Assembly: GCF_018350175.1 (NCBI RefSeq)
Contig: NC_058368.1
Span: 100,690,001 to 100,754,000, forward strand
Origin: Felis catus
Lineage: Eukaryota
Direction: 5' to 3'
Length of the DNA: 64,000 bases
The notes under the pieces: generated by a model
What the model saw: only the letters and a program-made list of their open reading frames with translations
Databases searched by the model: none
What the model was told of the DNA's origin: nothing
In this document: positions 1 through 12,299 of the stretch, piece after piece
How the letters are laid out: every line of letters begins with the position of its first letter
How positions within the stretch are numbered: the first letter of the stretch is position 1
Program-made: the position numbers and the translations under genes

Positions 1-205
1 AATTTTAAAGGCGGGCAGAATATCCCAGTCACTCAAGAACAATAGTTGATTCACATCTTCCTGATTGGTTAGATTCTCAAGTGCATCCATACGTAAGTGG
101 GGGAAATAGGAAGGATATAGGTGCCAGTTTGCGAGTCCCAGCATTACCCTTGGCTAAATGTGTGAAGAGAGGACATTTTTGATTAAGTCGTCTTCAATCT
201 GCTTT

Positions 206-253
206 CCTCTATTATTCTTCCTCCCTCTCCCTCTATTATTCTTCCTCCCTCTC
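206..253. repeat. Perfect 24-bp tandem duplication
   Basis: cctctattattcttcctccctctc occurs at 206-229 and 230-253. Confidence 0.9.
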
Positions 254-427
254 CTGTAGGCTTTACACAACACGCTTTTGGTCACCCACATGTGTATTTG
301 TCCTCCATGACATTTCTAAACTCCGAAATTTCCTCGTTCTCCTTTCTGTGTCACAATCTACTATTCTCTTGGCCATTCTTTTGAATCTCCATTAGGTAAC
401 TGGCTAGTCTGAAAACTTCATTCTAGA

Positions 428-838
428 ACCATGCTTCTCAAAGCGTGATGCCTCTACCAGCCACAGCTGCATAACATGGAAACATAAAAATGTAAATTCT
501 TTGCCTGTTCCCTACCTGATGAACTGTGGGAGAACGGGGTCATAATCTGTGTTTTTATATGCTCTTCATGTGAGGGGGCACCTGGGTGGATCAGTGGGTT
601 AAGCATCCAACTTCGACTCAGGTCATGATCTCAAGTTCATGGGCTCAAGTCCCGCTTCAGGCTCTGTGCTAACAGCTCAGAGTCTGGAACCTGCTTCAGA
701 TTCTGTGTCTCCCTCTCTCACCGCCCTCCCCTACTCAAGCTCTGTCTCTCTCTCTCTCTTAAAAATAAATATTAAAAAAAGTTTAATATATGCTCTTCAT
801 GTGATTCTTATGCACATTTAGGATTGAGGAACATTGCT
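428..838. mobile_element. MER5A-like hAT DNA transposon relic, split by a SINE
   Basis: cttctcaaagcgtg...aatctgtgttttt...gtgattcttatgcacatttaggattgaggaacattgct resembles MER5A. Confidence 0.6.
575..780 (+). mobile_element. Can-SINE
   Basis: ggggcacctgggtgg head, (CT)n, A-tail, TSD atatgctcttcatgtga on both sides. Confidence 0.95.
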
Positions 839-1890
839 ATTGGGTATAAATGAGTGATAGTGGATTATCGTTGCTTCCAGATTCATGTATATTCTCTTTA
901 AAGAGGACTTCTAAGTCCTGTTCTAAAAGTACGATGATATGAAAACTGGGGAAAGGTGTCACATTGCATATCACAAAGCAGCCCACATCGTGGCTACTGG
1001 CTTTCACCGCTCTGAGAATAGATCTGATGACAAGGAGGTGAGTTTCAGACAAGGACTTCTGAATGCACACCCAAAAGCCATCAGAACATCTTGCTTGGCA
1101 TCCCTGACAGATAGATTAGAGTACTGTGGCATTCAGCCATAGCCCCAGTGTTCAAGAGAGAGAGAAAAAGAGCTCCTAAAACATCCTCCCTCGAGATGTT
1201 AATGGCCGGTCTCTAATCGCACGTCATTTATTGAATGTGAAGGCAGGTCTGATACGAACAAGGTAGGATGACCCGGCAATTCATTTTACTTCTCAGTATC
1301 ACAGACATGTTTCTGTGGACTCTGCGGGGTCAAAGAGCTTAAAACATTTATCTAGAATAAGACAAACATGTAATTTTCTTCTGGCTTTATTCTTTTATTT
1401 TTTTTTAATGATTAATTAAGAGACATTCCTCTACTTAAGAAATTTGACATAAGGCAGTATCAGCCCTCACGGTAATTCATAAAAGCTGAAGTCTACAAAA
1501 TTATGCTTGCTTTGGAAACCTTGGGCCAGAATTTCCAGCTGAGAAAGAATTTCTACCAATTCTTACGTACCCCCAAATCTTTTCTGTATGGTAACATCCT
1601 TCCAGGCATAAATTTTCCATCCGTACTCAGCCTTCTCTATAAAGCCTTTTAGAGTGATGTGTCCTCTGGCTTGCAGCATCTGAAAGTCAAGCAAACAAGC
1701 TTTCCAGGGCTCGCATTGAGTTAAGAAAACATTTTCTGCATGACATTTAGGGCCAAATTAGGGACCAAAATCCTCATTCTTTTACTCAAGACTAGGTTTA
1801 TGTCTCCACAGGCAATGTGAAATGGAGTGTGGAGAAGTGATCTCATGAAATAAATTAATTTAGACAGGATGCCTGGTTTGTTCATACCCC

Positions 1891-1895
<5 letters not shown>

Positions 1896-1922
<27 letters not shown>
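1896..1922. repeat. (GT)n microsatellite
   Basis: Direct reading. Confidence 0.95.
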
Positions 1923-1926
<4 letters not shown>

Positions 1927-2485
1927 TGCACGCATTTAACAGCAGGTTAGGGAAACAATAACACTGAAGAGATGAAGGGAAAGTCTGTACCAGCAGTCAG
2001 ATTGGTCTCTGACTCCAGTCTCCATTGCTTAGCATTCATGTAACCTTGGGCAAGGCTCCCTGAGTCTCCGTCTCCTCACCTGTTAGGTATCTTAGGAGCC
2101 CCGTTCAACTACCTGCCCCCCAGGGTTGTAAGGAACAGCAGGATCATTAACAAGAACATTCTGCATCGATAGACCAACATTCAACATTGCTGTCATTAAA
2201 TGTCCCCTCTAATATTTGCACCCAGTTCTGTAGAGACACATGACCGTGTTCTTGGGTACATGCTGACACACCATGGCTTTGACCTTACCTTCTCTCCTGC
2301 CAGGACCTTAGAGCTACACATTTACCACCACCAGATGAACTCACTCTCTTAGTCATGATTCCCACCATAGCTGCCTCCAAAACAAGATATCAGAATAGGA
2401 AATTGAATCTGAACTTCTCACATGGAAGGGCCAGAGCATTAATCATGGTGAGAACACTGGGGGTTTTTCATCTGAGTTTGACTGG

Positions 2486-2564
2486 TTGGGTTCATAAAAT
2501 CTCTTTCATTTTTCATCAGGAGATTCCAAGTTTTGTATATTTATTATCCCTCTCATTATTTCAC
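2486..2564 (+). repeat. ~80-bp dispersed direct repeat, copy 1
   Basis: ttgggttcataa.atctctttcat.tttcatcaggagatt...tatccctctcattatttcac also at 3619-3701. Confidence 0.85.
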
Positions 2565-3618
2565 AGCCAGCAGCATATTTTACTTGAAGCAGTGCCTAAC
2601 TTGGAATAATTTTGGAAACCACAATGCTTATGAGGCATGGCTTACTGGGGCACCAGCAAGCAAACCATACTCTTTATTAACAGACTGGGTTAAATATTGC
2701 TTACATTTGCACCCTGGTGTGCCCTGCCATTTCAGCTTTTTTCCCTAACGCCAACTACAGGACATGGGGATAATTCAAACTTTGGACTTCCCCACGCCCG
2801 TACTTCTACGTTGTCACAGTTTCAAGGGACTTGCTATAAACATAATTTATGTAACTCCCTGTATTCATACTGAAAGGCATTGACCATTGAGTGGCAACGG
2901 CAATAACTGTTATTTTCATGGCAAATGCACTTCAGTGAAATATAGTATAAGGTTCCCCTGCTTCCTTCAGGCCACAGTCGACTCTTTAAAAATTAGTGTC
3001 CATGGGTGGTTGTCAATATAGATCAACCTCAAGGGGAAAATATGTTCACTGAGAGGTCCTTTGGCTGAGACTGTAATGCACAAGGAACACGGTGATTATA
3101 GATGGATTCTTGCCTCTTTATATATTTCCGTTCTTTCCCTACACTGCCTCCTCTGTGAGCCCATTTGGCTTATGTTTGACGGATTTGACCATAAAGGAGT
3201 GAGTTTAGGTCACCCAGTTTATTTAATAAAACACAATTTGAATGTCTATCTTCAGAAGTAAAATGTTTATGTATCTCGTTTGGTGTTGTTGGCTATCAAC
3301 TTGGTAAGATTATTGAGTGAACAAACACATTTCTCTCTAGTAAGGAAGATTTGGGTAATTCTCTTGAGCTCCCATTCAGGCAATAAGCAGAAAATATATG
3401 GACGGAGAGAGATGGGAGAAGAAGGGGGAGAGAGAGGTGGTCTTAGAAGGAGAGGAAGAGGAGGAAGAAAAGGCCAAAGAGGAAGGTAAGATCCATGTAT
3501 ATAGGAATCCAGGAGAGTAACAAGGAGTCTTTCAGCAGAGTATCTAGCATTTCTGGGCTCTTGTAAGAGTGTCCAAAGGATCCTGATAAATCAGTCACGC
3601 TGTTCGCTTTCTTACCTA

Positions 3619-3701
3619 TTGGGTTCATAAGATCTCTTTCATGTTTCATCAGGAGATTCTAAGTTTTACATAACCATTAACTATCCCTCTCATTATTTCA
3701 C
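3619..3701 (+). repeat. ~80-bp dispersed direct repeat, copy 2
   Basis: Matches 2486-2564 with several substitutions and a small indel. Confidence 0.85.
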
Positions 3702-3914
3702 CTGAGGAATTCATGACAGCGCAGCTATTTTAAAACTTCAGGAAAAGACAATTCTACAAATTTCTGAGTTTAAACTGGGCCCAAAACGAGGCTGCTGAAC
3801 CACTTTACTCTAACACCGAGCACAATGACCAGAACACTCAAAAAATGGTTTTGCAGTGACGAATGAGTGAGCAAAGAATGTTTCCCTTGGGCCACTAACT
3901 AGTTCAGGGGCAGT

Positions 3915-4110
3915 TTGGCATTATGATTATAAGGCCAGACTCTGACGCCACATTTGGTTTCAAATCCCAGCTCTGCGACCTTTTTGCACCTTGAAACTTC
4001 TTGCACCTCAGTCTCCTTACCCGTAAAATGAAAATATTAGGATCTATTTCATAGGATCGTGGTGAAGATTGAGTAGACTACTCTTAGCATCACACATGAC
4101 ACAGTCAATG
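3915..4110 (+). mobile_element. MIR relic
   Basis: ggttcaaatcccagctctgc...cctcagtctccttacccgtaaaatg core. Confidence 0.7.
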
Positions 4111-5742
4111 CTATTGAAGTGTTACGAGGCCACCATGTTGCATAACTCCAAGGAGCATTAGCCACTTCAAAATGTGCATGAATGACACCCCCTAGAGTCA
4201 TGCAGCATACAACGTACAAGGTCACACAATGGTCCCAACCATTTCCTATTATCATGACACCCTACAATGATCCACATTCTCCTATTCCTCTCCATTCCAG
4301 TATCCAAAAGCTATGTAGAGAACTATAAGCATGCATTATCTAAAATGCAAAATAAAGAATACCTTTTTGTGCAAATGTAAGAAAACCAAAGCATTTTCTG
4401 TACTATATATCTTTTTAAACGTGTTCCTTCCCCAAAACAAGCACAAGGAAAACCACCTTCACTGGCGGGAATGAAGATCTTTTTAGTCAAGGAATAAAAC
4501 ATTTGGACCAGGACCAAATCAGGGTCTTGAGGTTAAGAGCCTGCATACTTGCCAGCCTCAACATTCTAGTATGATAGCCTGGAAGAAAGGAAGTGTGCAG
4601 AGAGGTGCACAAAGGACTTTCCAGAAGTATGGCTGGTGGAATGTCTAGATCCCATCCCCCAAACCCAGGAACTCAACAGATCAAAGCAGAGACACCCCTG
4701 GAGCATGATTTTTTGCCTCCTCAGAAACCTAACAGGACAACTGCCTTGAGAAACCATCCCCACCCCCACACCCATGGCTTCTAGCTATTCCTTCCTACTC
4801 AGTCCTTCCACCTCCATGTCCTCACATGCCCTCGAAGGACAGCTTCATAAACAGAAACTTAAAAAAAAAAAAAAAAGGAATCAAGTTAACTTTGAAAACT
4901 CCAATACTTTTCACATGGAGAACTTCTTTCCTCCAAGAAACCTGAAGCCTGGAGAAATTCAGTTAACAGAAATTCTCTCAGAAAGTGAAGTTGGTTTCTT
5001 TATGTTTATAACGAGGTAATGTTTGAAAAGTCTAGTGAGGAAAGGACGGTGCATTACCAAAAAGAAGGAGGACTTGCTTTTTTTTTAATTGCCATTCCCA
5101 GAGCTTAAAAGCAAAGCTGTGCCCCCACCCTGAAAAAAAAATATTATATAAAGATGGCCAGATATATCCAGATTATATAATCTCTAGAATTGCAAAGAAC
5201 AAAATGGCGAATGGGAGTGGTTTCTTTCATGTGGCAGGTTTCCCCTCCCACACCACCACTCTTTGGTCCTTGTCCACTAAAATACTTGCTTCACTTTAAA
5301 CACAGAGGCAGACACTAAATTCTGGATTGCTCTCAAGTTGCCATTACCCAGAGTCAAAAAATTAGAAAAGAAGAAAAGAGGAAACAGAGAATTGCGGGGT
5401 GGGGGTGAGGGGAAGACCTCTGGCATATAAATCTCCATCCTCAGGGTAGTGAGGTGGCCAGTGAGACTCCAGAAACCACACCCACGTTCCAGGGAAAAAG
5501 AAGACAAACAACACAAAGCCTTCTTCTTGAGGGAGCCAGTCTCAGAATACTTGCCTCTCCATTTCATTGTTAGACCTGTAACTGGTGACTACCACTGGAT
5601 GAAACTGGGCTACCCACTTCCAGCTTTTTGCTTCTGAGTTAGAGGAAAACAAGGAAGCAGATGACCAGAAATGGGTGTGGACTCAGCCAACCCAACTCAG
5701 CAAAATGGATTAGAACCAATGCACTTGAAATGAAAGCAACTG

Positions 5743-5959
5743 GGGGCATCTGGGCAGCTCAGACAGTTGAGCGTCCGACTCTTGATTTCGGCTCAGGTCG
5801 TGATCTCACAGTTTGTGGAATCAAGCCCAGAGTCGGGCTCTGCACTGACAGCACAGAGCCTGCTTGGAATGCTCTCTCTCCCTATGTGCCCTCCCCAGTT
5901 CGTGCACGTGCATGCGCACTCTCACTCAAAATAAATACATGTTTAAAAACCAAAAAGAA
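5743..5959 (+). mobile_element. Can-SINE (older)
   Basis: Head, body and aaataaa tail. Confidence 0.9.
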
Positions 5960-5967
5960 ATCAAATA

Positions 5968-6179
5968 ATTTTTTTTTATTTTTTTTAACGTTTATTTATT
6001 TTTGAGACAGAGCATGAATGGGAGAGGGTCACAGAGAGAGGGAGACACAGAATCCGAAACAGGCTCCAGGCTCTGAGCGATCAGCACAGAGTCCGACGCG
6101 GGGCTCAAACCCACGGACCGTGAGATCATGACCTGAGCCGAAGTCGGACGCTTAACCGACCGAGCCACCCAGGCGCCCC
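5968..6179 (-). mobile_element. Can-SINE
   Basis: T-tail on left, ends gccacccaggcgcccc. Confidence 0.95.
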
Positions 6180-6406
6180 GAAACCAAATAATTTTTAAAA
6201 CATAAAATGAAAGTATCCGAATTAAACTAGAAAACATTAGAATGTGCTTAACTGTTTTAGATCAACATCTGTAGTTTTAACGAGAACCGGAAGACTAAAT
6301 GCAATGTCAAAGAACACCGTATCATTCATTCTGTGTACAGCTTAGGTATCACGAATGTGTGGGAAATCTGCTGAAGAAGAGGAATATTTGAAATTTATTG
6401 AACCCA

Positions 6407-6644
6407 GGGGCGCCTGGGTGGCGCAGTCGGTTAAGCGTCCGACTTCAGCCAGGTCACGATCTCGCGGTCTGTGAGTTCGAGCCCCGCGTCCGGCTCTGGG
6501 CTGATGGCTCAGAGCCTGGAGCCTGTTTCCGATTCTGTGTCTCCCTCTCTCTCTGCCCCTCCCCCGTTCATGCTCTGTCTCTCTCTGTCCCAAAAATAAA
6601 TAAACGTTGAAAAAAAAAATTTTTTTTTAAATCTCTTTAAAAAA
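6407..6644 (+). mobile_element. Can-SINE, young felid subfamily
   Basis: Diagnostic cagccaggtcacgatctcgcgg, CpGs intact. Confidence 0.95.
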
Positions 6645-6929
6645 GAAATTTATTGAATTCAATTGAATTCAATTCAATTTATTGAATTGAATTTATTGGT
6701 CTATTGGGGTATAGACCAGCTTTTGTTACACCACAGAGCAGAGAGACTAAGAACATGGACTTTGCAGCCAAAATGACCTAGGTTCAAATTCTGACTCTGT
6801 CCTTAACGAAACTTATAAGCTCAGATGAGTAATTAGCCTCAGAGACTTGGTTACCCTTGGTTACCCTTTCTATTGGTTTCGAGTACTAATTAAATCAGAT
6901 AATTCTGTAAAATGCCACAGCAGAATCTA

Positions 6930-7305
6930 CCAACTATACACCCCTTTTTCCATGATGGTGGAGTTGTAGCTGGAAAAATAGCTGCCCGGTAAGAGACTAC
7001 ATTTCCCAGACCTCTTTGCAGCTAAGTTTGACCATGTGACCAAGACCAATCCAACGGAATCCAAATGCACAATGACCCTTCATGGACCATAAACCTTGCA
7101 CACCTAATCCTCCAGGCTGAATTTCCACTTCCTGCTGCTTGGAATGGCACCTGAGGGACCTTAAGAGACGGTACAGACTGTAAGCCTGAGTCCCTGAATG
7201 ACTAGAGCAACTAATGCAGACTCTTACCTGAGAGAGAAACAAATTTTAACATTTCTTCAGCCATTCATTTACTGTAGTCTCGTGGTAGCTTACCCTACCT
7301 TAACA
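6930..7305 (+). mobile_element. Old MaLR (MLT1-type) LTR relic
   Basis: actacatttcccagacctctttgcagctaag...ccatgtgac resembles MLT1J-type LTRs. Confidence 0.5.
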
Positions 7306-8002
7306 TTGGTCCTGGCACATAGTAGCCCTTCAACAAATTGTAGCTACTCTTCAAATAATTAGGAAGAAGGCAATGTCATCAAATACTTTTTCCTTGGCAA
7401 CAAAATCATGGTATTGACACAAACAAACTTCTGAATCCTTCTATTGCCCAGGTCTAAAATCAGGAAAGTTATTTATAGAGATTGTGGCATGTTTATTAAC
7501 TTTACATTTCAAGGAGTGTTGGAAACCTAAGACTACAGTCAAATAATTTGGTGAAAAATGACACAGTAGTGAGTGTGTGCACAGTTACCATATTACTTTT
7601 GTATAACAAGTCTTAAGCAAAAAGATTGACACTATTAAAGAAATAATAGGAATATACTAATCTAAGAAAAATGAAAGAATAATACCCTTAAGGGAACTCC
7701 AAGCAGATAGTTTCAAATAAAACTATAGTGATTCGATTAGAGCAATATTGACTTAAAGAAAATAGTAATTTAAGTAATCATAACTGAGTTCCATTTGAGT
7801 AAAAATATTTAACATGCTCAAGGTTCAAAATGTGAAATCATAAAAATAAATTACCCGGCAACACAGTGATATCAGAATGTGGGGTTTTATACATCTTTGA
7901 CTTGTTAGTTTTTTAAATTCCTAAAGTCTTTCCTTTCAGGAAAAAATTTATGTAAAGCATGCCTCCTCTCTTCTGACTTCTACTCTCAGAATAAAGTGGG
8001 AA

Positions 8003-8230
8003 GGGGCGCCTGGATGGCTCACTTGGCTGAGCAGCCGGCTTCGGCTCAGGTCATGATTTTATGGTTTGTGGGATCGAGCCCCACATCAGGCTCTGTGCTG
8101 ACAGCTCAGAGCCTGGAGCCTGCTTTGGAGTCTGTGTCTCCCTCTCTCTCTGCCCCTTCCCGATTTACACTGTGTCTCTCTCTCCCTCTCTCTCTCTCTT
8201 TCTCTCAAAAATTAGTAAACATTAAAAAAA
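8003..8230 (+). mobile_element. Can-SINE
   Basis: Head, (CT)n and A-tail. Confidence 0.9.
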
Positions 8231-8239
8231 TTTTTTTAG

Positions 8240-8608
8240 AAACTTCCTTTATCTCAACTCCCCCAAGATATATGCTGGCAATCATAATCCAAGCTTATGG
8301 CGCCCTGATACACATCTGAAGGGTCTCATGACTGAGGTTTTAGTAAATGGCAATAAATGGCATTTTCCTAACAACATCTAATCTCACAAGGTCCTGGAAA
8401 CCTTGCTTCCAAAATTCCTTAGAGACTTTCGCTGTCCCTAACCCCCTCCCAACCTGAGGGTATATAATCAGTTAGTGGTCACAATCCGAGTGCAGCTTTC
8501 TGCCCATGGGTCCTGTCCCCGTGCCTTAATAAAATCACCTTTTTGCACCGGAGGTGTCTTCAAGAATTCTTTCTTGGCCATCAGCTCTGAACCCCCAAAA
8601 CCCCATCA
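8240..8608 (+). mobile_element. Carnivore ERV LTR (CarLTR-like), partial
   Basis: tatataa at ~8461, ctgcccatgggtcctgtcccc, aataaa at ~8528, ends in ...catca. Confidence 0.6.
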
Positions 8609-8887
8609 CTACTAAGTGAAGAAGCAAGCTACGGAATAACACAGCTATTTCATGCGAGTTATGTTAAACCTACTCCAAAATCCTCGATACTTTTCACAGG
8701 AAATGTGCATACAAATAGCAGTTATCTGACAGAGAGGACACTAAACAAATAGCAGTGTTCTTCATGTCTGGGAAGGAGACCTAAATTCCAGATGCTAGTC
8801 AAAAAGGACTTTACCCAGGTCTTTTGAGTCGGAATTTTAACCAGGACAATGTATGCATTTATTGCTTGTATAATCAAACTTTAAATA

Positions 8888-9113
8888 TTTTTTTTTAATT
8901 TTTTTTTCAATGTTTTTTATTTATTTTTGGGACAGAGAGAGACGCAGCATGAACGGGGGAGGGGCAGAGAGAGAGGGAGACACAGAATCGGAAACAGGCT
9001 CCAGGCTCTGAGCCATCAGCCCAGAGCCCGACACGGGACTCCAACTCACGGACCGCGAGATCGTGACCTGGCTGAAGTCGGACGCTTAACCGACTGCGCC
9101 ACCCAGGCACCCC
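8888..9113 (-). mobile_element. Can-SINE, young subfamily
   Basis: TSD aaactttaaatatttt on both sides. Confidence 0.95.
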
Positions 9114-10756
9114 AAACTTTAAATATTTTTAAAATAATTTTAAAATTAAAAGAACTAAAAAAGATCTACTTATGAAACTAGGTATTCTAAATTTAAACAT
9201 TATTTAAATCAATCTATCTTAACCTTAAACATGTTAACACCTTTAAGGTAAACTATAAAGGACGTGGATATACTAGGTGAATTTCTAGATCCCTAATAGA
9301 TGAAGTGAGAATATTTAATAAATCAGAATCACCATTGAGAGGGATGTGTTTGATATTCTGAAGTTATCTTAAAATACTATTTCATAAAATAACTGTAAGG
9401 TCTCGCTTTCAAATCTGATTGATTTATTAATGTTTCCTAAAAGAATATTTACAGCCTAAAATATCTTTGACCACAGGAGAGTATTAGCTACTATGGACTG
9501 CATTTTTGCAATAGCTTGAGATCCGTAGGACACCGAGTACTTCCCCATTTTGAGCTCTAAGGAAGAGCAATGAACAAAAGAAAAAGAAGTAATAGGGCAA
9601 CCCACTGTGGGTCAAGAAATGTTACTTCTTTTAAACAAGTCCTTATGTGTCGGTGAGAATATGTTAAAATCCTATTTTAATGGGAATTTTGAGGCTATTT
9701 ATTTTCCTTCCTCTTTATAATCAAAAGTTCAACTGTAAATCTCTTCTTCCTATGTAACAGAAATATTTCGGACTCAGAAATGCTGTTCCTACTCACTTCA
9801 GCTTAACTTTTCTGAGTTTGACCTACACTCTTATCTACGTGGGTTATCTTCACCCCAGTCTCAAGAATGTTGTGTTTCAAATGCTAAAACGGTAATCTCT
9901 GTGAATGATCTGTTACAAGGGGGACACCACAGGGATGGGAGACCAGATCAAGCCTGTTGGAGATCCAAAGTTGTTTTTCCAGAAAAATCAGGCCTGAATT
10001 TAACAAATACCCACAAGAGTAAATGGAAGCAGCCAGAAGTCATTTCTATTTTGATGCAGACGGCATTAGATAATTTCTGAAGTAAATTTGCCCTTTTAAT
10101 TATGTTTGTTTACACTGACTCTGAAATGCATGTGGTTTGCATTCCTGAGCACGTATGGATTGATTTTCAGAGAAGGTGCTCAGAAGGGGGACAGAAATAC
10201 ACATGGTTTTAATAAGGACTACGGATAGCCTGCAAAGTAAGTAATCCACATAAGGGTAATAAAAGACCATTTAGTTCGGTCAATTATCTGGTTAGGTAAA
10301 TATAGACTAGCCAGGCTTCCCTTATCCACTTAGCACACTTCTGGAGGTGGGGGTGGGGGGCTCCGTTCAGGTCAGTGGACATAGGCTCCAGGAATACATA
10401 CGCTTTGTTATTCCAGGTAAAACATTTTTTTACAATCAGTGAATCGTTAAACCGAGTGAAGGGCATTCACACTGCTAACATTTGGGGGCAGGATGTTCTT
10501 ACACAAGGGCCAGAAGATAGGCAGGAAGAATCAGTCTTTGTGAGTTAAGGACAGTTACAAATCCTCAGAAGGGGGGGGGGGGGCAGTATCACCTCTGTTC
10601 CTCCTGACTTCATTTTGGCCCCGTCTTCCTTCTTCTTTCATCCAGGCCTGAAGTGTTTCCCACAAGGTGCCAGGTAGGATCCCAGCTCTCCCAGGACATG
10701 GTGTGTTGATTTTTCATGGAAAATGCCTTCTCCTGAAATTTAAAAAAAAAAAAAAA

Positions 10757-10953
10757 AAATTAATGTTTGTTTTTCTTTGAGAGAGGGGGAACAAGAATGA
10801 GCAGGTGAGGGGCAGAAGAGAGGGAGACAGAGAACCAGAAGCTGGCTCTGTGCTGGCAGCACAGAGGCTGCTGTGGGGCTTGCACCCACGAATTGTGAGA
10901 TCATGACCTGAGCCGAAGTCAGACACCCAACCGACTGAGCCACCCAGGCACCG
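10757..10953 (-). mobile_element. Can-SINE
   Basis: Reverse-strand head and body. Confidence 0.9.
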
Positions 10954-12299
10954 CTCTCCTGAATTTTTTTTAAAGCCAATCAATAAACAAGGGAAGAAAC
11001 ACACTGAGAGAACCCCTCCTCCTTCCAACTTTAATTCAGCTTTAGATTATTCACAGGGTTCAAAGTCAAGTAGGGTCACATGCAGTTTGAGCTGAACCTG
11101 GCCATCACCCAGTTCAGAACACTCATCTGCAGATGGGAAATGAAGAGTCCCAGAGAGAACGAATGGTTTGCCTAAATGCATCACAAGTTGATGGCCAAGT
11201 TTGGACTAGAACCCTGGTCAGCCGGAGCCAAGGCTGAAGGCTTTCGTGGAAACCAGGACCAAAAAAAATAAAATGAAGAAGTTAAATCTCCTTCAGAAAA
11301 TATCATGCGTTGCAATGTAAACTTCAGACAGTGAGCTTAAGAACTATGTCTGATTTAGGTTTTTTTTTTTTTTCTATAGTACAACTCTTTTTTACATAAC
11401 ACAACTAGAAGACAATTTGGAGTTGACAATATTTCACACTTTCTGTCCTGATTGTGAACATCCCTTTATCTGGGTGACCTAGTCTCTTATTTTTCTAGTG
11501 TATTTCAACTGAGAGTGTGAATCTTTGCAAAAGAACTATTTCTCGAGCTATTTTTTTTCTTTGCCCTTTCAAGGTCCCACTGTGAGAGCTATTTGAGCTA
11601 GAATATGATTGTGAGGGATGGAACTTTTTCCACTGGTAATATGGTTTCCCTTAGGGCATAGTCTGCCTTTATACTCGAAAATCTTATTAATTGAGTTACT
11701 ATTGTATGATCAAAAATACTTCACATTTACAAAAAGAAAAACACATTAGAGTAAGGTCAGTTTGACAAAAGTGTGATATTTGCAGAGAACGCCAAGGGTT
11801 ATCCATTTAAAAGGCCAAGTCAAATAAGACACAATTAGACCTCATTTGGCCTCCTACCTCTCCGGATTCATAAACTCACATTTCAGCGATCTTGGGGGAA
11901 TGAGTTTCGCCTTAATTGTATCTTGTTTCCCTTGGCCAATCTAACTTACTCAGAATCTTCTGACAGGCGCTTTCAGCAAATATCACACGTCCTTGTGTCC
12001 TGCTGACCTTTTTTTCCAACTGGCTTTTCTTTTACCTTATTAAATGTTTTTGAACAGATATCCTATTTTATTTTGTTTAGAAAGATAAAATAAAGGGTAA
12101 GAATGTATTCATCCACATGGCTGCGAGAAGAAAACAGACATCAACAGCAGAATTTTTAGGAAAACATGTTTCAAACCAGTTCTGAAAATGCAGTTTTCTC
12201 CCAAGAATATACATGGCTCATCAGCCTGTGTTCTGCTATGCAATGAGATCGCAAAGATTTTTCTAAAACTCAGAGAAAGAGATCTGAAGTGCCAAGACT

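Noticed and set aside
6407..6490. tRNA-like A/B boxes in SINE heads
   Set aside because: They are the tRNA-derived heads of Can-SINEs, continuing into (CT)n and A-tails; not tRNA genes
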